64,000 nucleotides of DNA from Octopus vulgaris (Eukaryota): the NCBI GenBank assembly GCA_951406725.2, contig OX597815.1, positions 23,994,001-24,058,000 on the forward strand, in the 5' to 3' direction. Shown one piece after another: positions 38,312 to 52,139 of this stretch. The notes below the pieces were generated by a model, which made no database searches, was not told the DNA's origin, and saw nothing but the letters and a program-made list of their open reading frames with translations. The stretch's first letter is position 1; every line of letters begins with the position of its first letter. Made by a program: the position numbers and the translations under genes.

Positions 38312-38890
38312 TATAGGTACACCAACGGTAAACAACATGAAATACGAAAACAAATGAGTTAAGTACGCAAATAACGAAAGAAAAAAAAGGGCAAGTGATA
38401 CGAAGAGTGACCCTTCATCAGTTGTCGGCTGTCTATCTACTCCTCATTTTGAGCTATCAACGACAATATGAGTCTTCGAAGACAATTGCTCCCATAAATA
38501 CCAAAATAAAATTTTGGATTTATAGAGGGTCAAAATTTAGGAACAAAAACAGGACTGTGGAGACATAGAGGGAAACCGAACAAAAACAAACGTGGAGGGT
38601 CGTTACCCCTGAACGAGGGGAAAAAATGAACGCCGAGAAAAATATTTTCTTAGAAAAGAGAGAAAATAGGAGAGATAGGAGACGTCCAGTCCTTAGAACG
38701 TCTGTGCAAGAAAGAAAGATGGTCACGTGAGGGAAAGAAAGCTGGACGATGGTCACGTGTGAGCAAATAGATAGAGAAAAAGAGAAAGGGGGAGAGAGAG
38801 ACAGACAGAAAACGGGGAAAGGGAGAAAAGGGGAATTGGAGAGGATGGGGAGAAAACAGTATAGAGTAGAGTCGCATCAAATAATAATAT
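38312..38890 (-). mobile_element. Probable (TA)n-bounded pLTR-like cassette with a partial hammerhead core
   Basis: Bounded by long (TA)n; minus strand GACAA-CUGAUGA-AGGG (38426-38411), but no GAAA. Confidence 0.35.
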
Positions 38891-38895
38891 AAATA

Positions 38896-39346
<451 letters not shown>

Positions 39347-39523
39347 CTATATTTATATATATATATATGTGTGTGTTTGTGTGTGTGTGTGTGTATATAT
39401 ATATAAGAGATAATGGTGTCATTAAGACCCAAAGGTGTCAGATAGTGCTGAATAAATGCTATAGACAGACCATAGTTAACTTCCAGATTCGGTAATATTG
39501 CGAATAAAGAGTTCAGCGTGTGA

Positions 39524-39661
39524 ATATAAGAATTTTTTGCGTAATAAGATAAAAAAGCCAAGGCTGTGTAGATAATAGAGCGTTTATAGATATCTGTAAA
39601 TGCTCTAATATCTACACAGCCTTGGTTTTTTTTAATCTTATTACGCAAAAAATTCTTATAT
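39524..39661. repeat. Loop-less ~138-bp palindrome
   Basis: Centre agat|atct at 39591/39592; arms pair with 3 G-U, 1 mismatch and a small length difference in a homopolymer run. Confidence 0.93.
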
Positions 39662-39898
39662 ATGTGTGCGTGTGTGTGTGTGTGTGTGTGTTTGTGTGCG
39701 TGTGTGTATGTGTGCGTGTGTGTGCGTGTGTTAGATTTATATATATATGTTAAATTTGTTTATGGGAAACGTTTTGAATATGCAGATAAAGGTCCAATTC
39801 CATTATGCTGGCCATAGTCTAAGGATGTTGACTAGTAATTCGGACTGTGATCTTAAGAGTTACGTGATTTGTGGAATCGCGCGTAGCGATGCATTAAA

Positions 39899-40005
39899 CT
39901 ACCAGACTTCAAAACAAGTACTGGATTCGATTTGTTCGACCGAACCCTTTCAAGGCGGTGCCCCAGCATGGCCGCAGTCCAATGAGTGAAACAAGTAAAA
40001 GATAA
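39899..40005 (+). mobile_element. 3' tail of SINE family B
   Basis: caaggcggtgccccagcatggccgcagtccaatgagtgaaacaagtaaaaga. Confidence 0.85.
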
Positions 40006-40317
40006 AAAAGTTAAGTGATAGATATGCGGCTGTTGTTTTGGTGACGAAGGTGGCGCTGTTGTTGGTTGTAATTATGGTGGGGGTGGGAGGGAGTTGAGGT
40101 AAGGGAATGGTACAAAGAACCCTAGCAGCAATGGACATAAGGCGAAAACATTTCCCGCCGTTTGTCATCAGAGAAAAAAAATGAGTCAGACGCGACTCGA
40201 TTGTTATAACGCGTTGACGTCACCACAAGTCCTGAGCGGTAACTGTCACCTGTTCTTGCTTTTTTTTTTCTTTTCTGTTCTTCTCTTCCCGCCCTACTTT
40301 TGCTTATGTCATAGTCG

Positions 40318-40772
40318 TGGTGGTGGTGGTGGTGGTGGTGGTGGTCGTCGTCGTCGTCGTCGTCGCCGATGTAGATGTCTTCTTCTTCTTCTTCCCCTTC
40401 TTCTCCTTCTTCTGCTTCTTCTTCTCCTTCTTCTTCTTCATCTTCTCCTCCTCCTTCTTCTTCTTCTTCTCCTCCTCCTCCTCCTCCTTCTCCTCCTCCT
40501 TCTTCTTCTTCTTCTCCTCCTCCTCCTCCTTCTCCTTCTTCTTCTTCTTCTTCTTCTTCTTCTTCTTCTCCTCCTCCTTCTTCTTCTTCCCCTTCTTCTC
40601 CTTCTTCTGCTTCTTCTTCTTCTTCATCTTCTCCTCCTCCTTCTTCTTCTTCTCCTCCTCCTCCTCCTTCTCCTCCTCCTCCTTCTTCTTCTCCTTCTTC
40701 TCCACCAGCTTCTTCTTCTCCTCCTCCTTCTCCTTCTTCTTCTCCTCCTTCTTCTTCTTCTTCTTCTTCTCC
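40318..40772. repeat. (GGT)n(GTC)n followed by a (CTT/CTC)n polypyrimidine tract
   Basis: Direct reading. Confidence 0.95.
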
Positions 40773-41381
40773 ACCTGCTTCCCATTTTTTGATATTTTCC
40801 CCCCTCCTTTTCTTTCCCCCACCCTTCGCCTCCGCCACCACCATCATCATCATTACAACTATTATTCCCCACTCCCCCCATCCTTTGTCTTCTCCACACG
40901 CCTTCTTTTACACTTTCAACCCCCCACCCTTACTCTCCCTAGTCTCTCAGCACATTTTAGTCGTCCCTTTCTTACTGTCACGCGTGAAAACCAGCAATTA
41001 AAAGTCTAGTTTTCTCTTGCAACTCTTTCGGACCAAATACTTGTTGAAATAGACGTTGTGTTTATATACTTCAGAAGCTAAAATTACTTTCAAACCTTTT
41101 TTTTCAAACTGTGACTATATAAATGTGCAAATAAGAAATTGTGGGATTGTTCGAAATTTTCATTCAATATATAAAATATAATAAAGAAATTCCGTTGGCC
41201 TTGTAACTTAGGGAACGTACTATGCCAGCGTGAGGCGTGAGTGTGTGTGTGTGTGTGTGTGTATGTATCTCTTTCTCTTCCATTCTTTCTTTCTGTATGA
41301 TATATGTGCGTGTGTGTATGTATGCATACACACACATGTACTCACACAGACACAGACACGTGCGCGCACTCATACATATAA

Positions 41382-41384
<3 letters not shown>

Positions 41385-41421
<37 letters not shown>

Positions 41422-41602
41422 AATATATATTATATAATATATATATATAATTTAATATATATATTATATATTATATATTATATTATATATATATGATATA
41501 ATATAATATATATTATATAATATATATATATATATATATATAATATATTTTATATATTATATATAATATAATATATATATTATATAATATATATATAATA
41601 TA

Positions 41603-41634
<32 letters not shown>

Positions 41635-41677
41635 TATAATATATAATATATATTATATATTATATAATATAAATATA

Positions 41678-41723
<46 letters not shown>

Positions 41724-41837
41724 ATATATATTATATATTATAATATATATATGTATATATATATATATATAATATATATTATATATTATATATATTATAT
41801 AATATATATATATAATATATATATCATATATTATATA

Positions 41838-41905
<68 letters not shown>
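41385..41905. repeat. ~520-bp almost pure A/T degenerate (TA)n tract
   Basis: Only a handful of G or C bases. Confidence 0.97.
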
Positions 41906-41909
<4 letters not shown>

Positions 41910-42265
41910 TAGAAAGCAAGTGTTACAAGCAAAAGTAAGGGGTGGAAGAAGGAAGCATATCGGAAGACGACGAGCGGAAGTAAAAAGTCAACGTAGTAAT
42001 ACAGTGTGTGTGTGAAAGAAAACGAACGAGAGAAAGCAGCGGCCCCGGACATTTAATATAATTTTCAACAGTAAAATACCACCACAAGGAAGCAGACAAC
42101 GACTACATTCGCCACGGCTAACTACTACCACAAGGAGTAAATAAATTTCTCAATGAGTCACACAGAAGAAAAAGAAAAAAAAACAACAGCAACAAACAAC
42201 ACTGAAGTCGCCTGCAAAGTTATTCAAAACAGATGAGAGAGAAAGAACGTGTAGGCGTGTGTGTA

Positions 42266-42302
<37 letters not shown>

Positions 42303-42618
42303 GAATTGCAGGCTTCTGGCTTTAGGCACACAAGATTTAAAACAACTGACAGAAACTGTGTTTATAATCTGTTTTTGAGAGCCCAGGGTATCTTCGCATA
42401 AAGGAAAGATATAGAATTTAAAATATTGAAAAATAAACTTGAGCGATATTATATTCCTCCTCCGTTACAACCGAAATGTATATTTTAAAGAAAACACGCC
42501 CGTTTCTTGTTCATCAAAGAAAAGATTGCTTCCAAATCTTACGAGATGTATTGGTTGATTACAAGGAGGTGTTGGTTACTCTGCAGCAGAAAACAAATAC
42601 CCACATAATCCTTTAGAT

Positions 42619-42977
42619 CAGAAGTTCTCCGTCATTTTTTTTTTTTATCATGGACCCCTTAGATTACCGTTTTATACTTGTGGACCCCCTTCCCGCCACC
42701 AGCTATTTGATGCTTGAAAACTAGTTTTATAGTAACTTCTTTCAGAATTACTATTTAGTTTTTCACATATTAACTTGTGAATGTAGAATTATGTAATATG
42801 TAAGAGAAAGAAATCTAGCTGTTTCTTGCAATACATACAAATACATCCAAAGCAAAATTTTTTCAGGGACGCTTAAAATACTATTGTGTGTCCCCAATTT
42901 GCTATTTTATTACGTGGAACCCCCAAAAGTTTAAATGGATCCTCAAGGGCCATATGGACACCGGTTGAGAACCACTA
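42619..42977. mobile_element. Degenerate hAT-like MITE
   Basis: cagaagttctcc / ggttgagaaccacta termini; subterminal ggacccc repeats. Confidence 0.6.
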
Positions 42978-43149
42978 ATTTGGACTGGATTAAAGTTTTC
43001 CGTAAACCACTGCATTTCTTGATTTCATATGGGAGTATAAGACTTGACTTCATATGGGGGTATAAGACTTGAAGTGTGTAATGAAGTAAAAAATTAAACT
43101 GTGAGACGTTCGTATTTTTCTCAAGTAGGGTACATGAAATAGCTATGAT

Positions 43150-43418
43150 CGACCAATGCCTTGTGAGTGGATTTGGTAGACGGAAACTGAAAGAAGCCTG
43201 TCGTATATATGTATATATATATATATGTGTGTGCGTATGTGTTTGTGTGCCTGTGTTTATCCCCCTAGCATTGCTTGACAACCGATGCTGGTGTGTTTAC
43301 GTCCCCGTCACTTAGCGGTTCGGCAAAAGAGACCGATAGAATAAGTACTAAAGGCGGTGCTCCAGCATGGCCGCAGTCTAATGACTGAAACAAGTAAAAG
43401 AGTAAAAGAGTAAAGAGT
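43150..43418 (+). mobile_element. 5'-truncated SINE family B
   Basis: Body and tail motifs; (taaaagag)n end. Confidence 0.88.
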
Positions 43419-44899
43419 AACTAATGGAAGCAAGTTGAAAACCCGGAAAGCGGAAATACGGGGAAATACATTGAAGAGGGCGAGATGTTTTGAGCCTGGT
43501 GGTAGATAAGGGGATTGAACTCACCATTTCAGGCTAACGACATAGTCATGTGATTTACGGAGTACTAACGAGTTAGAACACGAAGGTATACACACCATGG
43601 AACTATTTACAAGATCAATTAGTCAGTTGAGTGTTATGTTGTTGTTGTTGTTTTTTAACATAGACACAGCGTAAGAGCAATGAAAGGTACTGCCAATGCG
43701 ACCTGCATATAATTGATTTGGCAAACTGTATTTCAAATAATGTTAGAATAAGCGAACAAAGGAGTCATGACGATACTTAATTAAATTGTGTTGCTTAATT
43801 TGTTTCAAGATTATTTTTATGAACTGTGTTGCTTTCAGCAATATCTTCCGCTGTCATAAAAAATGTGTGCTAAATCTAATTCGGCAAATGAGTAGTGTCG
43901 AGTACGTCAACGCTCAAAAAGTAGTTTTATCTTTGCTTATTTAAAGAGTAAGGACGCGGGACGAAACCCAGGTATCAGTGACGAGGCGGGGCTCGTGGGG
44001 TCAGAGCTAAACCCGCCCCCACTCCATCCGTAATGTCTTCCGGTCTGTCCCATTATCCGATTTCTTCGATTTATTATATTTTGTCATTTTGTGTAAATTT
44101 TAAATCTCACTTTGTGTAGACCATCATTCGCGAATCTGACCCCAAATCAGGTTGTATTATCCCCTCTTTGTTCGCCCTTTGTGGGTAATAAAAAAATCAT
44201 GTCACTGGCTATGTTGAATCTGTCTAAACAAGGATTAATCAACAGAGGCTTGGCTCATGTGAATTCTGGAGAACAACCAATTGAATTTTTAACCGTGGAA
44301 AGTTTCCTGTTTCTGCAATCATCAATAGATTTTAAATAATCTTATAAATAATCTTCCTCCTCACAGAAAGAACAAGCCATTTGATAAGAACTTTGTTTCA
44401 AATTCCTTGTAGGATGACTCTAACCTTTGCCGACCTTTCCCATTTCGTATTCTTTCTCATTTCTGAATGTGGAAATTTTGAAACGTATAAATAATCTTCT
44501 TCTGTCAAATGCAACCAGCTCAAACCAAACCCCAAACAATTTGTGGATGAATATATCCCTTGAAATTTCTCCCTCCCTTGTATTTTTTAGCAAACTCTCT
44601 TTCTCTCCGCCTCTTACTCTGAAAGCAACAGTAGGCGGCAGCACCAGCAGCGTTCAAGAATTTGGACCTGGAGATCTCCATTTCCAGCGACTTCGAGGGA
44701 GGGCCACCTCCCAGTGGTGTCGGGCGTAAACGAAGAGCCCTCGACTACAACAAGACGACCAAAGTTTTTTTTCCCAAGGTCTAGGGTCTCCTGCCCCTAA
44801 GCCCTAGACCATCACCTAATCACCCTTACCCTTCTTGTTGCTTAACAACAACAACAACAACAACAGCAGCAGCACCAGCAGTCGCCCCAAATTTCACAC

Positions 44900-45720
44900 G
44901 TACATCCCTTGAGATATTCCCAATTGTAGAAAGTTATTCAATCGTTGTCCCAAGACTTTGTGATTTGCCCAGTTTTAATGAGCTCGGTTATTCTTCTTTA
45001 CTATCTCAATATCGGCCAATTAGCCTACAGGGCATCAAAAGCAAGCTGTTTGCATTTATCATTACAAAGAACGTCATTAATCGCTGGAATAAATTCCATC
45101 TCTTGAGAAACATGTAGTTTGGTTTTTAGTCTTCCAGGTCCATTGCTAATGCAGTCATCACTCGCAGACAACTACACTGGATAACAACTTTGATGCCCGT
45201 ATTATAGACTCAGACATCTCCAAACGACATAAATCGACCAGCTATGGTATACCTGGAAGAGTTTTTTTCCCTCCATAATCAGATCACGATCTAACTGGAA
45301 TTGTGCAATGAGGTAACAAATAGCTTCTTACATATAAAACGTCCAAGATCAACCGTGTTTCTCTTATCCATCTTTGTGAAATTCTTGACCTTCCGCCTAT
45401 TTTGATGGTTAGGACTACTTTAAAGGAGTCTTTTAGTCTAGTCTGAAATTTCCACATTATTGGAATCTCCTACATTACGTCTGTCACCAGAGTGGCTGCT
45501 AGAATGATGGGCTCGTCCTACAAAAATATTCCTAAAACCTGAAGTTCTATACTATCTCTACAAGAGCCTGATCCACCCAAAACTGGAGCACTGCTCATAT
45601 ACTTGAACAGGCTCCTCCAAACATTTCTGTGTACTCTTGATAGAGTGCAGAATCGAAAGTGTTAAGCTTGGTGTTAAGCTCTGTTGGTCACTATATTAAC
45701 CCTGTCATCGACAGAATTCT
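44900..45720 (+). pseudogene. Highly degenerate LINE RT remnant (CR1/Jockey group)
   Basis: LYKSLIHPKLEHCSYT* and LDRVQNR resemble the LYK..IRP.LEY...W / LD.VQ C-terminal motifs. Confidence 0.55.
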
Positions 45721-46278
45721 GAAACTTTTCTATGTTCCTAACCTTTTGCCAAGAAGTAACCTGTGGGTTTTGTCTGAGGTGAGTTCGAATAAAGAAGAAA
45801 AAGAAACATTTAATGCGATATTGTTTGATATTAACCTAGTGAAAGCATTTTTGTGGGAATTTTAACTGAAGTAACTTGCAGACGCACTAATTTCCTTTCA
45901 CTAACCATTTTCCCCGTACTATCTTCATGAACATTATTTTTCTGGAACTCCCTCTCTTCGCAGGTTTTTTTTTTCCTGCGACCGTCGACTTGCAGTGTTC
46001 AAAAAGAACGTTATCTGTTTCAAAGTTATCAGATTCCTCCGTTCCCTAACAAAGGAGTGTAAGCATTTTATAGACTCAGGAAATATGTAAAACAAAGTAT
46101 ATTCTGGGAGACTATGAACTCGGAAATGTAAGGTTACAGAAATAATATACAAAAGAATTGTCTCGTAAAATATCGGCTTCTGATATATAATATAATATAT
46201 ATATAATATATATACATTTATAGAAGGCAGAAAATCGAAGATTATATCAACTGATGGCATAGTGTTAGTTCTTAGTTT

Positions 46279-46860
46279 AAGGCGGCGAGCTGGTAGAATC
46301 GTTAGCACGCCGGGCGAAATGCTCAGCGGTATTTCGTCTGCCGTTACGTTCAGAGTTCAAATTCTGCCGAGGTCGACTTTGCCTTTCATCCTTTCGAGGT
46401 CGATAAATTAAGTACCAGTTACGCACTGGGGTCGATATAATCGACTGAATCCGTCTGTCTGTTCTTGTTTGTCTCCTCTGTGTTTAGCCCCTTGTGGGTA
46501 ATAAAGAAATAGGTATTTCGTCTGCCGCTACGTTCTGAGTTCAAATTCCGCGGAGGTCAACTTTGCCTTTCATCCTTTCGAGGTCGATAAATTAAGTACC
46601 AGTTACGCACTGGGGTCGATATAGTCGACTTAATCCGTTTGTCTGTCCTTGTTTGTCCTCTCTGTGTTTGGCCCCTTGTGGGTTGTAAAGAAAAAGGTAT
46701 TTCGTCTGCGGTTACGTTCTGAGTTCAAATTTTGACGGGGCTGGTTTTGCCTTTCATCGTTTCATGTTTATTAGATAAATACCAAACACTGGGATCGATA
46801 AAATCGACCAGCCCCCCTCCCTCAAATTACATGCCTTGCGCTGATCGTAGAAAAGATCAT
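46279..46860 (+). mobile_element. SINE family A trimer
   Basis: One head plus three body units. Confidence 0.9.
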
Positions 46861-47085
46861 TAGTTCATACTTTAATCGATGAAAGACAAACCCTCGACTT
46901 TGGTAGAATTCGAACCTAGAGAGTTCAACTTAAGAACATAACTAAATATCACAGGAATGTTAATTTGTATGACACGTGTTCTGCCACTCCCATATCATCA
47001 ACATACCAAATTCGGATTTTCACTGATGATTTTTGGTAACTTGTATTTCCGTGTTGTATCATTAATTTGATACGACTTGTTCAAT

Positions 47086-47318
47086 CTGTTTCTTTACTGC
47101 CCACAAGGGGCTAAACAGAGGGGACAAACAAGGACAGACAAACGGATTAAGTCGATTACATCGACACCAGTGCGTAACTGGTACTTAATTTATCGACCCC
47201 AAAAGGATGAAAGGCAAAAGTCTACCTCGGCGAAATTTGAACTCAGAACGTAACGGCAGACGAAATACGGCTACGCATTTCGCCCGACGTGCTAACGTTT
47301 CTGCCAGCTCACCGCCTT
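47086..47318 (-). mobile_element. Full-length SINE family A with 14-bp TSD
   Basis: acgacttgttcaat flanks both sides. Confidence 0.92.
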
Positions 47319-47399
47319 AGACGACTTGTTCAATTGTTACTGAATTGGTTATTCTTTATTTTCATATATAACACATAAACATTGTTTGTTCTTTATTTT

Positions 47400-47750
47400 A
47401 CAGTTTTAAAAATGAATGGTGAATAAATTGCAATTAGCGCTATTTTACACTGCCTGTGGAAAAAAGGACAAAGTGCAAGGGTAGTGGCAAAAGACATTAA
47501 CGATGTAGGAGATCCGGGAACTGTCAACGAATGTGTGACACAGAACTACTTCAGACGTTTCAAGGACGGTGGCATCAACGTCGATGAAAGACTAAGGTTA
47601 AGGAGACCTTCTTCTATGAAATGGCTGAACAACAACCAAGCACGTTTGTGCTCGTACATTGTTAGCAGAACTTGGTCCTTCACAAAGCTCCATGAATCGA
47701 CACCGCCATAAAGCTCGGCCTTAAAAACTTTTAACCCAACCTGGTACACT
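47400..47750 (+). pseudogene. Mariner transposase N-terminal HTH remnant
   Basis: AILHCLWKKGQSARVVAKDINDVGDPGTVNECVTQNYFRRFKDGGINVDERLRLRRPS matches the mariner I...G...V....Q.WF.RF..G....D..RSGRP pattern. Confidence 0.85.
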
Positions 47751-48786
47751 GTGATAAAATATTAATTTTTTGAATTTTTATTTGAGTACAAAGTCACAAA
47801 TTTAAGGCAAGAGAATAAACTGTGATAACGGCTTAAAGAGTAGAGTGTTGGCTTCAATCACTATCGAAACCAATTTGTTGGCTTATTTGTCGGTCGCTTA
47901 ATTTTCTCTGATACGCTTACAATAAACTGTAGTAATAAATAGGAGATATAGTTCATACATGAATTAAACGTTGGAATGCTGAGATAACGTATTGCAGTAG
48001 AAGAGCAAATAAAAAAGTTAACAGTCCGTTTCGTTACGTGTTCGTAAGATCGAGAGAGCTAGTAAGGTATTTGGGGAGGTTCTCGGTGCGATATTAAGCT
48101 TTCACTATTATAAGTAGACTTTGAACAAGTGTAAATTGTCATTATGTTATTCACTCTTTATATATTCACTCCCATGTATTTTAAACAGGTGAATACCCAA
48201 GTATCTTAGTGACACACTTAAACAAGTAATTTAGTCTAGACAACAGCCTTGTTTAACGGGTAGTAACATTGTAACATATGTGAGCTCGCCTGTAAGGTTG
48301 ATACGAGTTGAAAATAAAATAACCGGCGAGTAAATAATGCTTGGAGATACAATTTTGGGAGGTGTTGTTTTGTACCGGGTACGACCAGAGAGCTGTCGAA
48401 ATTTCTGTTGTCGGTCAGTAGGAGAATCTTCAGTCATAATGGGGTCAGGATACAAATGAAGGTTCACATGTGTTTCATTACACCATTAACTTCATTAACA
48501 GCTTTTGACGTAAGGTTGAGAAACAGAAGGGTCTTGATTGCAAGTTGAGTTGAGTGTAAAATTGTATCACGCTTGTCTATCCAATAGGTAGACAAAGCGT
48601 GGGTGGATTCGCTCTCACCGTCCTCGAGAGTAACCCAGCGCTGACGAATAAAAGCAAGTTGTATATTGTTTGCTCTACCTCTGTGCAATATACTGCAGAA
48701 TCAATATCATATAAGTTTAGTGAATGGTAGGTACATAGAGAAAAATGCTCTATGTATTTGATGCTATGTGTCGTTGGGGATGGTTA

Positions 48787-49188
48787 AATAATTAACCATC
48801 TTACAAACAATAACTCTGAGCACCTTTTCAAACTCCGCCTGTCTAACACCCGTGGACATGTTTACAAAGTCAGAAAACAGCACAGCTCCCATGACTTTCG
48901 GAAACATTTTTTCACGCTAAGAGTTGCTGAAGCATGGAACAAACTGCTGGCGTCAGTTGTTTGTTGTTGGAGCACTGCATCCTTCAAAACTTCCATGCTT
49001 CCTGAGATTCGCCAACACTACACCTGATATTCTCCCCTCCATACACACACAAGCATGGATCTGACTCATACACTGTTCACTTCCCAGACATTTGTACATT
49101 ACTGCATATGCTTTATATGCACTTTTGACAAGTTATGGTGCACCTGGGCACTGTATACAATAATTTCATTATTATTATTATTATTATT
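48787..49188 (+). mobile_element. 3' end of a CR1-group LINE with (TTA)n tail
   Basis: NTRGHVYKVRKQHSSHDFRKHFFTLRVAEAWNKL (TRGH...FF..RV...WN.L). Confidence 0.88.
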
Positions 49189-49759
49189 GAGTGAGAGAGC
49201 AGTTCATGCCATCAAAGTGACACTGGGGTAAAATATACGAAGCCCAATATACCCAGCATGACTACCCGTCTGATAAGGTACACGAGGCACATGCATCACA
49301 ACCATATGTGCGCGACATGATGATCTCATATCAAGATAAACAGCACATGACCTTGCAGGTGGGGCCCAGTTAGAATTTTTTTCAGGTTGAGTAGCCCATC
49401 CTGCTCAAACGGTCTCTGAATAAGGGTTGTTTAAGGATGTTGAAAGAACCACCCATGTTTCCAGAGGTGAACTATTCAAACCCCAAAGAATCCCTCTCAA
49501 CACATGGCTATGATGCTCCCCCACTACTTCTGCTCGTGATCAGAGATGCACATATCGTCAGCCACTAAGGGACATGCTCAACTGGTTAAGGTCAAACAAC
49601 TGACAAGCAAATCTGTGGTATTGAGCAGAATATTTGCTGTAGCCCATCTTTTATACCAAGACAAAACAATGTACATGATAACACTTTCAATCAGTTAAGA
49701 TCAGAAGCCATGAGAGCCACTGCCTGGTACTGCATCAGGGCATTTATACTGCATCAGGG

Positions 49760-49763
<4 letters not shown>
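49189..49763 (-). mobile_element. ~570-bp (TAA)n-bounded module, putative 5' region of the R4/Dong element
   Basis: First 285 nt match 21000-21285; the 5' terminal 17-mer is duplicated; (TTA)n on both sides. Confidence 0.75.
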
Positions 49764-49799
<36 letters not shown>

Positions 49800-49802
<3 letters not shown>

Positions 49803-50940
49803 TTACTGGCCAGATATAATGGCAGCATTTTTATCTCTGTCTACAGCAATCTTGAATAAGTATCCTAAAATATTTGAATGCTTCTGGAGTTAAGCTTACT
49901 AATTCTACCCGCTTCTTACTACAATCAACGAAGATTAAAAATATTTCTTCATTTGCCAATTCAGTATCATCCTTGGCTAGTCAAAAATATGGAATCCTGC
50001 ATTGTATTAACAATGACTGAATAATGTTACACAGCTCTTTTGTAACCCAAACGTAATTCCCAACATAATTTGTGCAGTTATTGATAGATTCAATCCAAGA
50101 TTATCCTGGGAGAATGAAGATGAAGCAGTTCACTTTTTTCCTGTGAATATCTAATCTTTGCAAACATATTTTGCTAAAACAGGATCGTAATGGCCCAAAA
50201 GTTCCATGGTCTCCAAGAAACTCCCATTATAAATTTTACAAATTTGTAACAAAAAGAAAGTCTTCTTCGTACATGAAAAATTACTTCATTAATCATATTC
50301 TGCGGTACGCCTCCTAAAATAGTTGTTTAGTGTCATACATTTTTCATGTTCGGGGAACATACTAAATATTCCGGCCTTGTTTGGATACCGTGATCGACTT
50401 TGGCTTTGCAGTGATCTCATTGTAAGTATGACAGAAAATTCTACCAATGTAGACAATACAAGGACTGCTTTCCGTAGGTGATTATCGGTTCTCACTTTCA
50501 TTTTTCGTATTCCAGTTTAGATTAGAGACACTGGAAATTTTCATCCATTAAAATCATTGAAGAAATATTTTGGGTATGGCAGGCACCTTTTCCAAATCAA
50601 ATATTCGGTGTATTGTCGTGATATCTTGTAGTCAAAGTCAACTCCATATAGTTCAGGCTTAATTCTACTGAATAAAGATTTTTAAAGCTTTCTTTAATCG
50701 TCTTTTCACAGGTTTTATTGTCAGTGATTTCTGAGCTCCCTAGCTTAACTGATAACTCACGCTCGATCATGCAATGACAAATAACATAACCTGTAATATG
50801 ACACGCCGGACATATTGCATTTTCTTCGCAGTCCATTTCCTCAAAGTCTATTTCTATGTATCTGTTGTTTCTGGTGGCGGCCACAACGAAAGTGAGGGAA
50901 GTGTACTCAGTCAGAGAGTAACAGATATTGCTCATCTGCA
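49800..50940 (-). pseudogene. Degenerate hAT (ZMYM1/DUF4371-like) transposase remnant
   Basis: NGSFLETMELLGHYDPVL matches the N.GNFL....LL..YDP.L motif. Confidence 0.6.
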
Positions 50941-51144
50941 CTTTTTGTTTGTTTGTGTTGAGCCACCCATCTGTGTTTGCGGACCGGTGAGGCTATTGAT
51001 GTTGCAGTTACTTCTATGCATTTAGAGTTTTTAGGATGTTGTTGTAATAGTGCTCTGAGGGTGTTGTAATGTACCCAGTAGTGTCATAGACTGTGGAAGC
51101 TGACGCTTACTGCATCAATAAAACGTGTCCCTTGCATACTCTAC

Positions 51145-51348
51145 CCTTTTACTTGTTTCAGTCATTTGACTGTGGCCATGCTGGAGTACCGCCTTTAGTC
51201 GAGAAAATCGGCCCCTGGACTTATTCTTTGTAAGCCTAGTACTTATTCTATCGGTCTCTTTTGCCGGACCGCTAAGTTACTGGGACATAAACACACCAGC
51301 ATCGGTTGTCAAGCGATGTTGGGGGGATAAACACAGATGCACAAACAC

Positions 51349-51403
<55 letters not shown>

Positions 51404-51456
51404 CATATATACGACGGGCTTCTTTCAGTTTCCGTCTACCAAATCCACTCACAAGG
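51145..51456 (-). mobile_element. 5'-truncated SINE family B
   Basis: Tail and body motifs, internal (CA)n. Confidence 0.88.
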
Positions 51457-51622
51457 CCACTCCTACGCTTATGTTCATTATTTCTTTAGATTTCTGTATT
51501 ACTAGGTAGGAGGTCAGTGGCTGTAGTTTGTGTTAGGATGTGTAGTGTATTGTTTTGTTTTCTATGTAGTTTTTAGTAGTTTTTTGCAGGGAGTTTGGGG
51601 TCCTAGTCCATGATGGATGTTG

Positions 51623-51655
<33 letters not shown>

Positions 51656-51691
51656 TGTGTGTGTGTATGTGTGCGTGCGTACATCTGTATG

Positions 51692-51950
51692 CGTGTTGTG
51701 TTCTTGAGCAAGACACTTTATTCACAGTTCACTCAGCTGTAGAAATGAGTTGCGACGTCACTGGTGCCATGCTATATCGGCCTTTGACTTTCCCTTGGAT
51801 AACATCGGTGGTGTGCAGAAGTGGGGGGGGGGGTATGCATGGGCGACTTCTGGTCTTCCATTAAAATCATTTCCCTGACTCGGAGGGGAAACTTTCTAGC
51901 TATTATCCCATGGTCATTGATGACCGAAACAGATCTTTATTCTTTACCCT
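51692..51950 (+). mobile_element. Headless V-domain-like SINE
   Basis: Homologous to 52438-52680. Confidence 0.75.
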
Positions 51951-51952
51951 TT

Positions 51953-52010
<58 letters not shown>

Positions 52011-52099
52011 TAGTCAAGGAATTTCAATGTATGAATTTGATTGACTTTAAATATATAACGTCTGTGCATCATTTTTTTCCATTTTTTCATTTTCTCTCA

Positions 52100-52139
<40 letters not shown>

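Noticed and set aside
38389-38426. Minus-strand hammerhead at CUGAUGA
   Set aside because: No GAAA follows the putative stem II.
40122-41009. Poly-E/G, poly-S/P, poly-L and poly-K ORFs
   Set aside because: All frames are open because of the trinucleotide tract; the same applies at 19.4-19.9, 57.5-58.0 and 63.3-63.8 kb and to the YIYI/CVCV/HTHT ORFs.
48230-48690. Host exon or solo LTR
   Set aside because: The short ORFs have no recognisable motif, and no TG..CA ends with a TSD could be fixed.
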